Of a stretch of DNA of 32,000 nt, positions 16,679 through 24,114 are shown one piece after another. The stretch covers positions 14,154 to 46,153 of the forward strand of contig JAFQKQ010000005.1 of the NCBI GenBank assembly GCA_017396845.1, written 5' to 3'. Origin of the DNA: Clostridia bacterium. GTDB taxonomy: Bacteria > Bacillota > Clostridia > Christensenellales > Aristaeellaceae. The stretch's first letter is position 1, and each line of letters begins with the position of its first letter. The notes beneath the pieces are model-generated. The model saw only the letters and a program-made list of their open reading frames with translations. It did not search any database and was not told where the DNA came from. The position numbers and the translations under genes were made by a program.

Positions 16679-17848
16679 ATGATATCGCTTGACAGGCTGA
16701 AGCTGCTCGCAAAGGAGCAGTATGAATGGGCGGTTGAAACGAGAAGAGAACTGCACAAATACCCGGAAACGGGCTTTCAGGAGCATAAAACCCGCGAAAT
16801 TATCGTTGGAAAGCTTGCCGAAATTGGGATTGACTATAAAGAAGAAAACGGCTGGATCACTGCGTTTATCCCGGGCGGTAAGGAAGGGCCGGTTACGGGC
16901 TTCCGCGCGGATTTTGACGGTCTTCCTGTGACGGAGCCGGAGGGCTGTGTGTTCCGCTCTCAAAACGAGGGCTGGATGCACGCCTGCGGACATGATATGC
17001 ATACCGCCATTATGCTTGCGGCAGGAAGAATGCTGAACGGAATTCGAGAGGAGATTCCGGGCGGCGTAAAGCTGATGTTTCAGCCGGCGGAGGAAACGGT
17101 GGGAGGCGCAAAGCCGATGACCGAGGGCGGCGTAATGGAGAATCCGCATGTGGACCGCGTGTACGGACTTCATGTAATGCCAAGGCTCTTTACGGGCGAA
17201 GTGGAAACGCGCCCGGGAACGCTCAATGCGAGCACGGACAGCGTTTCAATTGAAGTAATCGGCACAAGTTCGCACGGCGCGTATCCCGAAAACGGCGTGG
17301 ATGCGATTGTCGCGGCGGCGAATTTTGTCGTAGCGGTTCAGTCGCTGATTGCAAGAAACGTATCGCCCTTGGAAAGCGCTGTATTGACGCTTGGAAAGAT
17401 CGAAGGCGGACGCGCTTCCAACATCATCTGCGACAGAGTGAAAATGACGGGCACCTTAAGAACCGCCAATGCCGATCTCAGGCGAATGCTCATTCGAAGA
17501 ATTGAAGAGATGGCAAAGGGAATGTCGGTTTCATTCGGCTGTGAAATCCGCGCAAATGTGAGCGAAGGATATTCGGCGCTGATTAACGATAAGAAGCATG
17601 CGCAGAGAGTATTGGCAATTGCTAAGGAGCTGTTCGGCGAGGAGAAAGCGCTGATTAAGGATGCGCCCAGCATGGGCGGCGAGGATTTTTCCTATTTCCT
17701 GGATCATGCGCCCGGCGCGTTTTTCCATATCGGATGTTCAAAAGGCGATACACCCGGCGCGCCGCTTCACAGCGAACTGTTCCATCCGGATGAAGAAGCG
17801 ATGGAGATCGGAATTTTGATGGAGGCCGCGCTTGCGCTTGATAAATAA
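16679..17848 (+). CDS. M20D family amidohydrolase (N-acyl-L-amino acid amidohydrolase / hippurate hydrolase-like)
   Basis: RRELHKYPETGFQEHKT, HACGHDMHTA and FQPAEE motifs. The track starts at 16664, but ATG 16679 (MISLDRL) has a better-spaced GGGGAGA SD. Confidence 0.88.
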   Translation: MISLDRLKLLAKEQYEWAVETRRELHKYPETGFQEHKTREIIVGKLAEIGIDYKEENGWITAFIPGGKEGPVTGFRADFDGLPVTEPEGCVFRSQNEGWMHACGHDMHTAIMLAAGRMLNGIREEIPGGVKLMFQPAEETVGGAKPMTEGGVMENPHVDRVYGLHVMPRLFTGEVETRPGTLNASTDSVSIEVIGTSSHGAYPENGVDAIVAAANFVVAVQSLIARNVSPLESAVLTLGKIEGGRASNIICDRVKMTGTLRTANADLRRMLIRRIEEMAKGMSVSFGCEIRANVSEGYSALINDKKHAQRVLAIAKELFGEEKALIKDAPSMGGEDFSYFLDHAPGAFFHIGCSKGDTPGAPLHSELFHPDEEAMEIGILMEAALALDK

Positions 17849-17857
17849 CGGCGGGCG

Positions 17858-18097
17858 CTAAAATTCCGAAGGGTATTTCTTGGAAAGCAGCAATTCCGCC
17901 CAATGACAGGCTGTGTAACGAAAATCGAAGCAATAGCGGCTTCGAAATCGCTCCATGGCCGCTTTTTTTGTAAAGCTTGTCTTGTTGGAGGAACCGGCCT
18001 GATAGCCTTCGCAGCATATGGTGTTTCCCTTTTCCGATTGAAAGAAAGGACAAATGTAGTTTACGGTTTTGCTGTTATGATAGTTTTCGCCCGGCAT
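17858..18097 (-). CDS. Small cysteine-rich hypothetical protein (79 aa)
   Basis: SD GGAGG lies 9 nt upstream of the ATG. Cysteine pattern is C16-x11-C28C29-x26-C56-x7-C64H65 (YICPFF...ICCEG...YCFDF...ACHW). No transmembrane segment or signal peptide. It is AT-richer than its neighbours and transcribed divergently from the XRE-S24 repressor. Confidence 0.6.
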   Translation of the reverse strand: MPGENYHNSKTVNYICPFFQSEKGNTICCEGYQAGSSNKTSFTKKAAMERFRSRYCFDFRYTACHWAELLLSKKYPSEF

Positions 18098-18280
18098 AAG
18101 CCTTTACCTCCAGGGAGTTTTATTGTCGTGGGTCAATATTCAGATTCGATACGCCGCCGAGGAATGGATTCGCATCTTAAGGTCATATACTTTACTGTGT
18201 GCTTTACTCAATAGCACTACTAATAATATGCGCTTTTTATCAATAGAAGAACTGGTATATCGGAAAAGGAGGCGATGCGA

Positions 18281-18772
18281 GTGAAAATCAGAGAGATACG
18301 AAGAGATCTGGATTTATCACAGGCGGATTTTGCAAAGCTTCTGGGCGTGCATCAGACGGCTGTAAGTCAGTGGGAAACGGGAAGAACGTTTCCGGAAATG
18401 GAGATTGTCGTTCGAATCGCCCGGATATCCGGGCGTACGATCAATGATATTCTGGATGTAGACAGGGCGCTGGAACCTTCCCGAACGACCGAAGAGAAAA
18501 AGTATTTTGAACTCACCATGCCGGATGACAGCATGAAAAGCGCAAGAATCTATAAGGGAGATACGGTGTATTTTTACGCCTGCGACGGCTGTATATCAAA
18601 CGGCATGATCGCAGCCGTTGAAACGCAGAGCGGCGTTTTGATCCGGCATCTTTTCAAAATGGACGGGGGATATCTTTTGTCCGCTGCATCGCCGGAGTTC
18701 CCGCCGGTATTCATAAAAGGCGGGGGCAGGATATTGGGACGCGCCTATGCGTTTCGGGGGCTGATTTCGTAG
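18281..18772 (+). CDS. XRE-family HTH repressor fused to an S24 (LexA/CI-like) peptidase domain
   Basis: The N-terminal LSQADFAKLLGVHQTAVSQWETG is an XRE helix-turn-helix. The C-terminal MPDDSMKS..IYKGD...VLIRHLFKMDGGYLLSAASPEFPPVF aligns with the LexA/CI S24 fold. The ORF opens at ATG 18275, but GTG 18281 has better SD spacing (GGAGG at 18268-18272). Confidence 0.8.
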   Translation: MKIREIRRDLDLSQADFAKLLGVHQTAVSQWETGRTFPEMEIVVRIARISGRTINDILDVDRALEPSRTTEEKKYFELTMPDDSMKSARIYKGDTVYFYACDGCISNGMIAAVETQSGVLIRHLFKMDGGYLLSAASPEFPPVFIKGGGRILGRAYAFRGLIS

Positions 18773-18774
18773 AG

Positions 18775-18826
18775 AACAAATCGGGGCTTACGCAGAAATT
18801 CATGTCTGTGTAAGCCCCGATTTGTT
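18775..18826. repeat. Perfect 17-bp inverted repeat (18-nt loop) between convergent genes; no U-tract on either strand
   Basis: AACAAATCGGGGCTTAC (18775-18791) pairs with GTAAGCCCCGATTTGTT (18810-18826). Confidence 0.6.
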
Positions 18827-18849
18827 GGTCAGTGATATTTATATTCGAT

Positions 18850-20145
18850 TTACGGTGCGGCCTGGGCGTTTTCTTCCGCGGGTTCAGTTTCATCCGGGAA
18901 GGCGTCCGGAAGCTCCTTTTCGGCTGCGGGCGCCTCGGGAGGCGACGGCGGTTCTGCTTCCGGGGAATTCTCCTGCGCGGCTTTCTTTTCCTTTTCCTTG
19001 CGCTTTATGAGGAGCTTGTCGATGATTTCGGAGTAAATGGAGGTGATCAGCGCAAACAGCGGTACGCCCAGAATCATGCCGAGAACGCCGAACATATTGC
19101 CGCCGACGACGATGGCGACCAATACCCAGAAGGGGCTGATGCCGGTGGAATCGCCGAAGAGAACGGGCTTGATAACGTTTCCGTCGATCTGCTGAAGGAC
19201 GACGGTGAAGATGACAAAGCCGATAAACAGAGACGGCTGTGTGAGCAGCATAATGAGCGCGCCGATGATGCCGCCGAAGATCGGGCCGAAGGTGGGGACG
19301 AAGTTGAATATGCCCAGCATTACCGACAGCAGCACGGCGTAGGGCGCATTGAAAATTCGAAGGAAGATGAAGTTTACAACGCCGATGATCAGGGCGTCGA
19401 GGAGGTTGCTGCCGAGGAACTTCATCATCAGAGTGTCGCCGCGTCCGACGACCTTATTCACCCAGTCGGCTTTTTCTTCGCCCAGAAGCACCAGTTCAAG
19501 CCGCACCACGCCCTTCTTCAGATTTTTTCTGTCAAGAAGCGCATAGATGGACATGGCGAGTATAATCACCATGTTCAGAATCTGGCTGCCCAGATGCGTG
19601 GCCAAAGACATCATCTGGCCGATATTTTCGGAAAGCCAGCCGCTCACGGTATGCAGTATATCGTCGCTGGAACCGATCAGCTTATTTACGTCGATATTCA
19701 GGCTTTCGTATTTATCGGCATAATAGAGTATGGTGGATTTTGCGGTTGCGATATAAGAATCGATGTTTGTCACGAAGGAGGTAACGCTGGAAAGCAGCTG
19801 CGGGATCAGCGTCTTTATGAAGAAGTAGATGATCACAAGAAATAAAAGCACGGTTGAAATTCCGGCGATATGTACGCGGGCTTTTTCCGAGCGCATCTTC
19901 TTCAAAAGCTTTGTTTCGATGAATTTGGCAAGCGGGCGAAGCACATAAGCCAGCGCAAGACCGCCGGTAACCGGCGCGATGTAGGATCGGATTACCTTGA
20001 TATATTTGCTTATGTGGTTCAGGTTGCTCAGCGCAGCAAAAAACAGGGCTGCGCCCAGAGCGATTGCCAGACCGGAAACGACAATTTTCCGATCAATAAA
20101 TTTCTTGATCTTCATTCGTTCCATCACCTCATCCTTTAGACTCAT
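18850..20145 (-). CDS. AI-2E family transporter (PerM/UPF0118-like permease) with an acidic, proline-rich C-terminal tail
   Basis: A polytopic membrane protein. GIFNFVPTFGPIFGGIIGALIML is the characteristic AI-2E motif region. The start is uncertain: ATG 20145 lacks an SD, while ATG 20124 or 20115 has AAAGGA/GAGGTG upstream. Confidence 0.8.
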   Translation of the reverse strand: MSLKDEVMERMKIKKFIDRKIVVSGLAIALGAALFFAALSNLNHISKYIKVIRSYIAPVTGGLALAYVLRPLAKFIETKLLKKMRSEKARVHIAGISTVLLFLVIIYFFIKTLIPQLLSSVTSFVTNIDSYIATAKSTILYYADKYESLNIDVNKLIGSSDDILHTVSGWLSENIGQMMSLATHLGSQILNMVIILAMSIYALLDRKNLKKGVVRLELVLLGEEKADWVNKVVGRGDTLMMKFLGSNLLDALIIGVVNFIFLRIFNAPYAVLLSVMLGIFNFVPTFGPIFGGIIGALIMLLTQPSLFIGFVIFTVVLQQIDGNVIKPVLFGDSTGISPFWVLVAIVVGGNMFGVLGMILGVPLFALITSIYSEIIDKLLIKRKEKEKKAAQENSPEAEPPSPPEAPAAEKELPDAFPDETEPAEENAQAAP

Positions 20146-20233
20146 TTTATCAAAATTCGTTCAATATTACAAGCGTGGAATACAGATATTCTTTGCAGAA
20201 TAGGCTGTACTCAGCGATTGGGAGGGGAGATAT

Positions 20234-21748
20234 ATGGAATTGAATGTGAAACGGCAGACAATCGAAGCGGAAAGGCTGGTGGGATGCGAGAAGCAGCAGC
20301 TGCTTTTGCGTGCGGAAACGCTGGTATCGGGCGCAGGGCGCGAGGATGTAGAGATATTGATGGCGGACGCGGCGGTTCATATTGAAAATACGGATCTGCA
20401 GACGGACAGATTGTCGGTAAACGGAAGCGTGAAATGTCAGGCGGCATACCGGCTTTCAAGTGAAGCCAGCGCACGCGCCGTACACGCCGAGACGGGCCTT
20501 ATGAGTGCATTTGATATAAAGGGCGCATCGCCCGGCATGACGGCGCAGGTAAAAGCGCAGGTGGATGAGGTTCGGGCAAAATACGAAAACGGGCACATGG
20601 TGTTTGATGTATCGGTGACGCTGTTTGCAAGGGTGATGGAGTTAAAGCCTGTGAGCCTGATTACGGGAATTGAGGGGATCGATGATGTCGAGACAAAATA
20701 TGCCGAAGTGGAATCCGTAAAGCTGGCGGCGGAAAACAGCGTTTTGGCGCTTGTTTCAAACAGCGTATCCTTGCCGTCTCAGCTGGATGCGAGAACGGCG
20801 CTCATGGAGTGGGCGACGGTTTCGAATGTTGATGCGAGAAAGGATCTGGGCGGCGTTCGCGTGACGGGTACGGTGCTTCTGGAGACGCTGATTTCAAGCG
20901 GCGCTCCGTCAAGACCGATTGCGCTGATTCGAAACAGCATGCCGCTGGATCAGCTGGTGGAGATGCCGGAATGGCTTACGGACAGCGTACAGGCGTCGTG
21001 TCAGGTGAAAAGCGTGTCCACGGAGGTGGAGCAGGCGCTTTTGGGCGAGGACAGTACGCTGAAGATGGAAGCGGAAATTGACATAAGCGTAAGCGCCGTG
21101 GGGCACGACAAGGCGCTCGCACTCACGGATGCGTATGCCGTGGGCAGGGAGGCCGTTCGCCCGGAAATGCAGGAAAATGAAATATGCTTGTCGTTTAAGG
21201 ATATGTATCTTTTCCAGCCTTTTCGCGGCAGCATGATGCTCCCCGAGGGCGCGGGCGCGGTCGGAAGCGTATGCGCGCTTCGCGCAAGGGCGAATGTTTC
21301 CGATATTGCCTCTCAAAACGGAAATACCAATATCGCCGGTGTTGTCGATGCGCAGGTGATTTATATGTCCGGAAGCGGCGATAAGCTTGTGCATGCAAAT
21401 GCGTATCTGCCCTTTGAAGTAAGCGTCGCTGCCAGTCTTCCGGAGGACGCATGGGTGTCGGTTTCGGTTCAGTCGGCGGAGGGAAACGCGCTGATGAGCG
21501 ACAGAATCGAAATGAAATGCATGCTGGGAATCGGAATAAGCGCAAGGGAGAAGAAGAGCATACAAACGGTTTCGGATGTGATTCCGGATGGGGAAAACGC
21601 GCGGGTTCACGGAATCCGGCTCGTTTGGCCGGAAGCGGGCGATGAGGTATGGGATGTTGCAAAGCGCTACCTTGTGCCCGCAGCATCGATTGAAAAGGCG
21701 GGGCAGGGGCGCATTGTGCCCGGAAAAGCCATTGTGATCCGAAAATAG
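20234..21748 (+). CDS. DUF3794-type protein with a C-terminal LysM-like domain (SipL-like sporulation coat morphogenetic protein candidate)
   Basis: 504 aa with repeated beta-rich modules. The C-terminal GDEVWDVAKRYLVPAASIEKAGQGRIVPGKAIVI fits the LysM pattern. The architecture matches clostridial SipL as I remember it. SD GGGAGGGGAG. Confidence 0.55.
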   Translation: MELNVKRQTIEAERLVGCEKQQLLLRAETLVSGAGREDVEILMADAAVHIENTDLQTDRLSVNGSVKCQAAYRLSSEASARAVHAETGLMSAFDIKGASPGMTAQVKAQVDEVRAKYENGHMVFDVSVTLFARVMELKPVSLITGIEGIDDVETKYAEVESVKLAAENSVLALVSNSVSLPSQLDARTALMEWATVSNVDARKDLGGVRVTGTVLLETLISSGAPSRPIALIRNSMPLDQLVEMPEWLTDSVQASCQVKSVSTEVEQALLGEDSTLKMEAEIDISVSAVGHDKALALTDAYAVGREAVRPEMQENEICLSFKDMYLFQPFRGSMMLPEGAGAVGSVCALRARANVSDIASQNGNTNIAGVVDAQVIYMSGSGDKLVHANAYLPFEVSVAASLPEDAWVSVSVQSAEGNALMSDRIEMKCMLGIGISAREKKSIQTVSDVIPDGENARVHGIRLVWPEAGDEVWDVAKRYLVPAASIEKAGQGRIVPGKAIVIRK

Positions 21749-21812
21749 AACGGAAAAAATCTGTGTTTTGAAAGATTTTTAGAATAATTATTCAAAACAG
21801 CTCGAAAAATCA

Positions 21813-21841
21813 TTTACATGCGCCTCTTAAAACGGTATAAT
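21813..21841 (+). promoter_or_regulatory. sigma-A promoter for proBA
   Basis: TTTACA (21813-21818), 17-nt spacer, TATAAT (21836-21841). Confidence 0.55.
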
Positions 21842-21872
21842 CACTGTATATCGCATGAAAGGGGCGCTTCTT

Positions 21873-22649
21873 ATGCGGATTGTTATAAAAATAGGAACAT
21901 CTTCCATCGCTCATGCGACCGGAAGACTGAATATCAGGCGCGTGGAAAAGCTTTGCAAGGTGATCAGCGATCTGAAAAATGCCGGACATGAAATGATATT
22001 GGTTTCCTCCGGCGCGATCGGTATGGGCGTTGGAAAATTATCTCTTCCCGGGAGACCTACCGATATGCCCACCAAGCAGGCGGCTGCCGCTGTGGGACAG
22101 TGCGAGCTTATGTACACCTACGACCGCCTGTTTTCGCAGTATTCGCATACGGTCGGCCAGGTGCTGATTACGGGCGAGGACGTGCTTTCCAAGGAAAGGT
22201 GCGCGCATTTTGAAAATACGATGCTCAGACTCCTGGAGCTGGGCGCGCTTCCGATTATCAATGAAAACGACACGGTTGCAACCGATGAAATACTGATGAT
22301 CGGCGAAAACGATACGCTCAGCGCCATCGTCGCCGTCGGCATCCGCGCGGATCTTCTGATTCTTTTAAGCGACATCGACGGCCTTTTCGACAGCGATCCG
22401 CACGTCAACAAGGACGCCAAACTGATTAAGGAAGTCAGAGAGCTTACGCCCGAGATCATTGCGCTTGCGGGCGGAAAAGGCTCCGAGCTCTCTACCGGCG
22501 GCATGAGCACGAAACTGAAGGCGGCACGGCTGGCGATGGACGCCGGCGTAGATATGGTGATCGCCAACAGTGAAAATCCCGTAGTGCTGTATGATATCGT
22601 CGAGGGAAAGGATGTAGGCACAAGGTTCGTCGGAAAGGGGCATAAATAG
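21873..22649 (+). CDS. proB: Glutamate 5-kinase (short form without PUA domain)
   Basis: MRIVIKIGTSS..., VSSGAIGMG and NENDTVATDE motifs. About 258 aa, so it is the AAK domain only. ATG 21873 is preferred over 21855 because of the AAAGGGG SD spacing. Confidence 0.93.
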   Translation: MRIVIKIGTSSIAHATGRLNIRRVEKLCKVISDLKNAGHEMILVSSGAIGMGVGKLSLPGRPTDMPTKQAAAAVGQCELMYTYDRLFSQYSHTVGQVLITGEDVLSKERCAHFENTMLRLLELGALPIINENDTVATDEILMIGENDTLSAIVAVGIRADLLILLSDIDGLFDSDPHVNKDAKLIKEVRELTPEIIALAGGKGSELSTGGMSTKLKAARLAMDAGVDMVIANSENPVVLYDIVEGKDVGTRFVGKGHK

Positions 22650-22650
22650 C

Positions 22651-23901
22651 ATGACTACGATGGAAATGCTCGAAAGGGCGAAAAAGGCGAAAGCAAAAGC
22701 CGCGCAGCTTACAAGCGGCATGAAAAATCTCGCGCTTGATAAAATGGCGGAGATGCTCGTGGAAAAAACGGATGAAATTCTTAAGGCCAATGAAACTGAT
22801 CTTGAGAAGGCAAAGGGCGTCATCGGCGACGTAATGCTTGACAGGCTGCGCCTGACGAAGGAACGCATTCTTTCTATGGCAAACGGCATCCGCGAGGTAA
22901 TGTCGCTTGAAGATCCCGCCGGAAAAACGCTCGCGGAGTTTGAACGTCCGAACGGGTTAAAGGTAACAAAAATCAGCGTGCCGCTCGGCGTTGTCGCGAT
23001 TATATTCGAAAGCCGTCCGAACGTTGCGGCGGACGCCGCGGCGCTTTGTATAAAGAGCGGAAATGTATGCGTGCTTCGAGGCGGCAAGGAGGCGTATGCA
23101 TCTGTCGGCGCTATTGTGGAGGCGATGAGAGACGGCCTTGAAAAGGCGGGGCTTGCCAAGGACATGATTTCGCGCGTCGAGGATATTACGAGGGCGGGCG
23201 CAAACGAACTCATGACCGCGCGCGGGTATGTGGATCTTCTGATTCCGCGCGGCGGCGCCGGTCTCATCCGAGCATGCGTGGACAATGCGCGCGTTCCGGT
23301 GATTGAAACCGGCACCGGCATCTGCCATATCTTTGTGGATGAATCCGCTGATTTTGAAAAGGCGCTTGCCATCATTGAAAACGCCAAAACGAGCCGTCCC
23401 AGCGTATGCAACGCCGAGGAGGTTCTGCTGGTGCATCAGGCGATTGCCGGAAAATTTCTGCCGCTTGTCAAAAAGCGCCTGACGGACGACAGAAAGAATA
23501 ATCACCCGGTCGAGCTCCGTCTGGACGCGCGTGCAATGGAGATCATCGACGGCGTAAAAGCGTCGGATGCCGATTTCGATACGGAATTTCTCGATTATGT
23601 GCTGGCGGTCGGCGTTAAAGACGATCTGAACGCGGCAATCGAACATATTTCCCTTCATTCCACCGGCCACAGCGATGCGATCATTACGGAAGATGAAAAC
23701 GCCAAAACGGCCTTCATTGCTTCCGTCGACAGCGCGGCTGTGTACGTAAACGCCTCTACCCGCTTTACAGACGGCGGAGAATTCGGCTTGGGCTGCGAAA
23801 TGGGCATATCCACCCAGAAGCTGCACGCCAGAGGACCGATGGGTCTTGAAGCGCTGACGGGATATAAATACGTGGTTACGGGAAACGGACATATCCGATA
23901 A
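22651..23901 (+). CDS. proA: Glutamate-5-semialdehyde dehydrogenase (gamma-glutamyl phosphate reductase)
   Basis: 416 aa, aldehyde dehydrogenase fold. The catalytic region NAKTSRPSVCNAEEVLLVH and the C-terminal ASTRFTDGGEFG are present. It starts 2 nt after the proB stop. Confidence 0.95.
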   Translation: MTTMEMLERAKKAKAKAAQLTSGMKNLALDKMAEMLVEKTDEILKANETDLEKAKGVIGDVMLDRLRLTKERILSMANGIREVMSLEDPAGKTLAEFERPNGLKVTKISVPLGVVAIIFESRPNVAADAAALCIKSGNVCVLRGGKEAYASVGAIVEAMRDGLEKAGLAKDMISRVEDITRAGANELMTARGYVDLLIPRGGAGLIRACVDNARVPVIETGTGICHIFVDESADFEKALAIIENAKTSRPSVCNAEEVLLVHQAIAGKFLPLVKKRLTDDRKNNHPVELRLDARAMEIIDGVKASDADFDTEFLDYVLAVGVKDDLNAAIEHISLHSTGHSDAIITEDENAKTAFIASVDSAAVYVNASTRFTDGGEFGLGCEMGISTQKLHARGPMGLEALTGYKYVVTGNGHIR

Positions 23902-23917
23902 GGAGAGGGACGGCGCG

Positions 23918-23965
23918 CCGCCCTCCGCCTGCCGAAAATGCGGGCGGAGGGCGGTTGTTTTATTT
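23918..23965 (+). terminator. Rho-independent terminator after proBA
   Basis: CCGCCCTCCGCC (23918-23929) pairs with GGCGGAGGGCGG (23943-23954), followed by TTGTTTTATTT. Confidence 0.75.
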
Positions 23966-24055
23966 ATAGGGTTTTAAATTGTACATCAGGACGGTTGATG
24001 TCCCAAAGTGTTCTCTTCGCTTGGCAGGTTTTACCGGCTTTCAAAATGTCAAAAG

Positions 24056-24084
24056 TTGCACATTTTTTGCTTTCGTGGTATAAT
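24056..24084 (+). promoter_or_regulatory. sigma-A promoter (extended -10) for the topoisomerase operon
   Basis: TTGCAC (24056-24061), 17-nt spacer, TGgTATAAT (-10 at 24079-24084). Confidence 0.6.
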
Positions 24085-24114
24085 ACTGTGGATTATCCTT
24101 TTTTGGAGGAAAAC

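Noticed and set aside
18281-18772. Calling the XRE-S24 protein the canonical SOS repressor LexA
   Set aside because: Firmicute LexA has a winged-helix N-terminal domain of about 70 aa and is about 205 aa long. This protein has an XRE-type HTH and is about 163 aa. No GAAC-n4-GTTC Cheo box is present upstream. CI/HdiR-like is the safer description.
18832-19845. 337-aa plus-strand ORF rich in Asp/Glu/Gly/His
   Set aside because: It is antisense to the AI-2E permease, whose hydrophobic helices and conserved motif region are clear.
20146-20233. Sigma-E-type sporulation promoter upstream of the SipL-like gene (ATATT ... AATACA)
   Set aside because: The spacer is about 10 nt instead of about 14, and several consensus positions are mismatched. 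This is not good enough to annotate.
22118-23892. Minus-strand ORFs of 167, 348 and 311 aa
   Set aside because: They are antisense to proB and proA, both identified by strong motifs. Ser/Ala/Arg-rich shadow translations.
23938-24114. 59-codon N-terminal extension of the topoisomerase B ORF
   Set aside because: It overlaps the proBA terminator and a good sigma-A promoter. The conserved N-terminus MAKDYKAKDIQILEGL begins at ATG 24115 with a GGAGGA SD.
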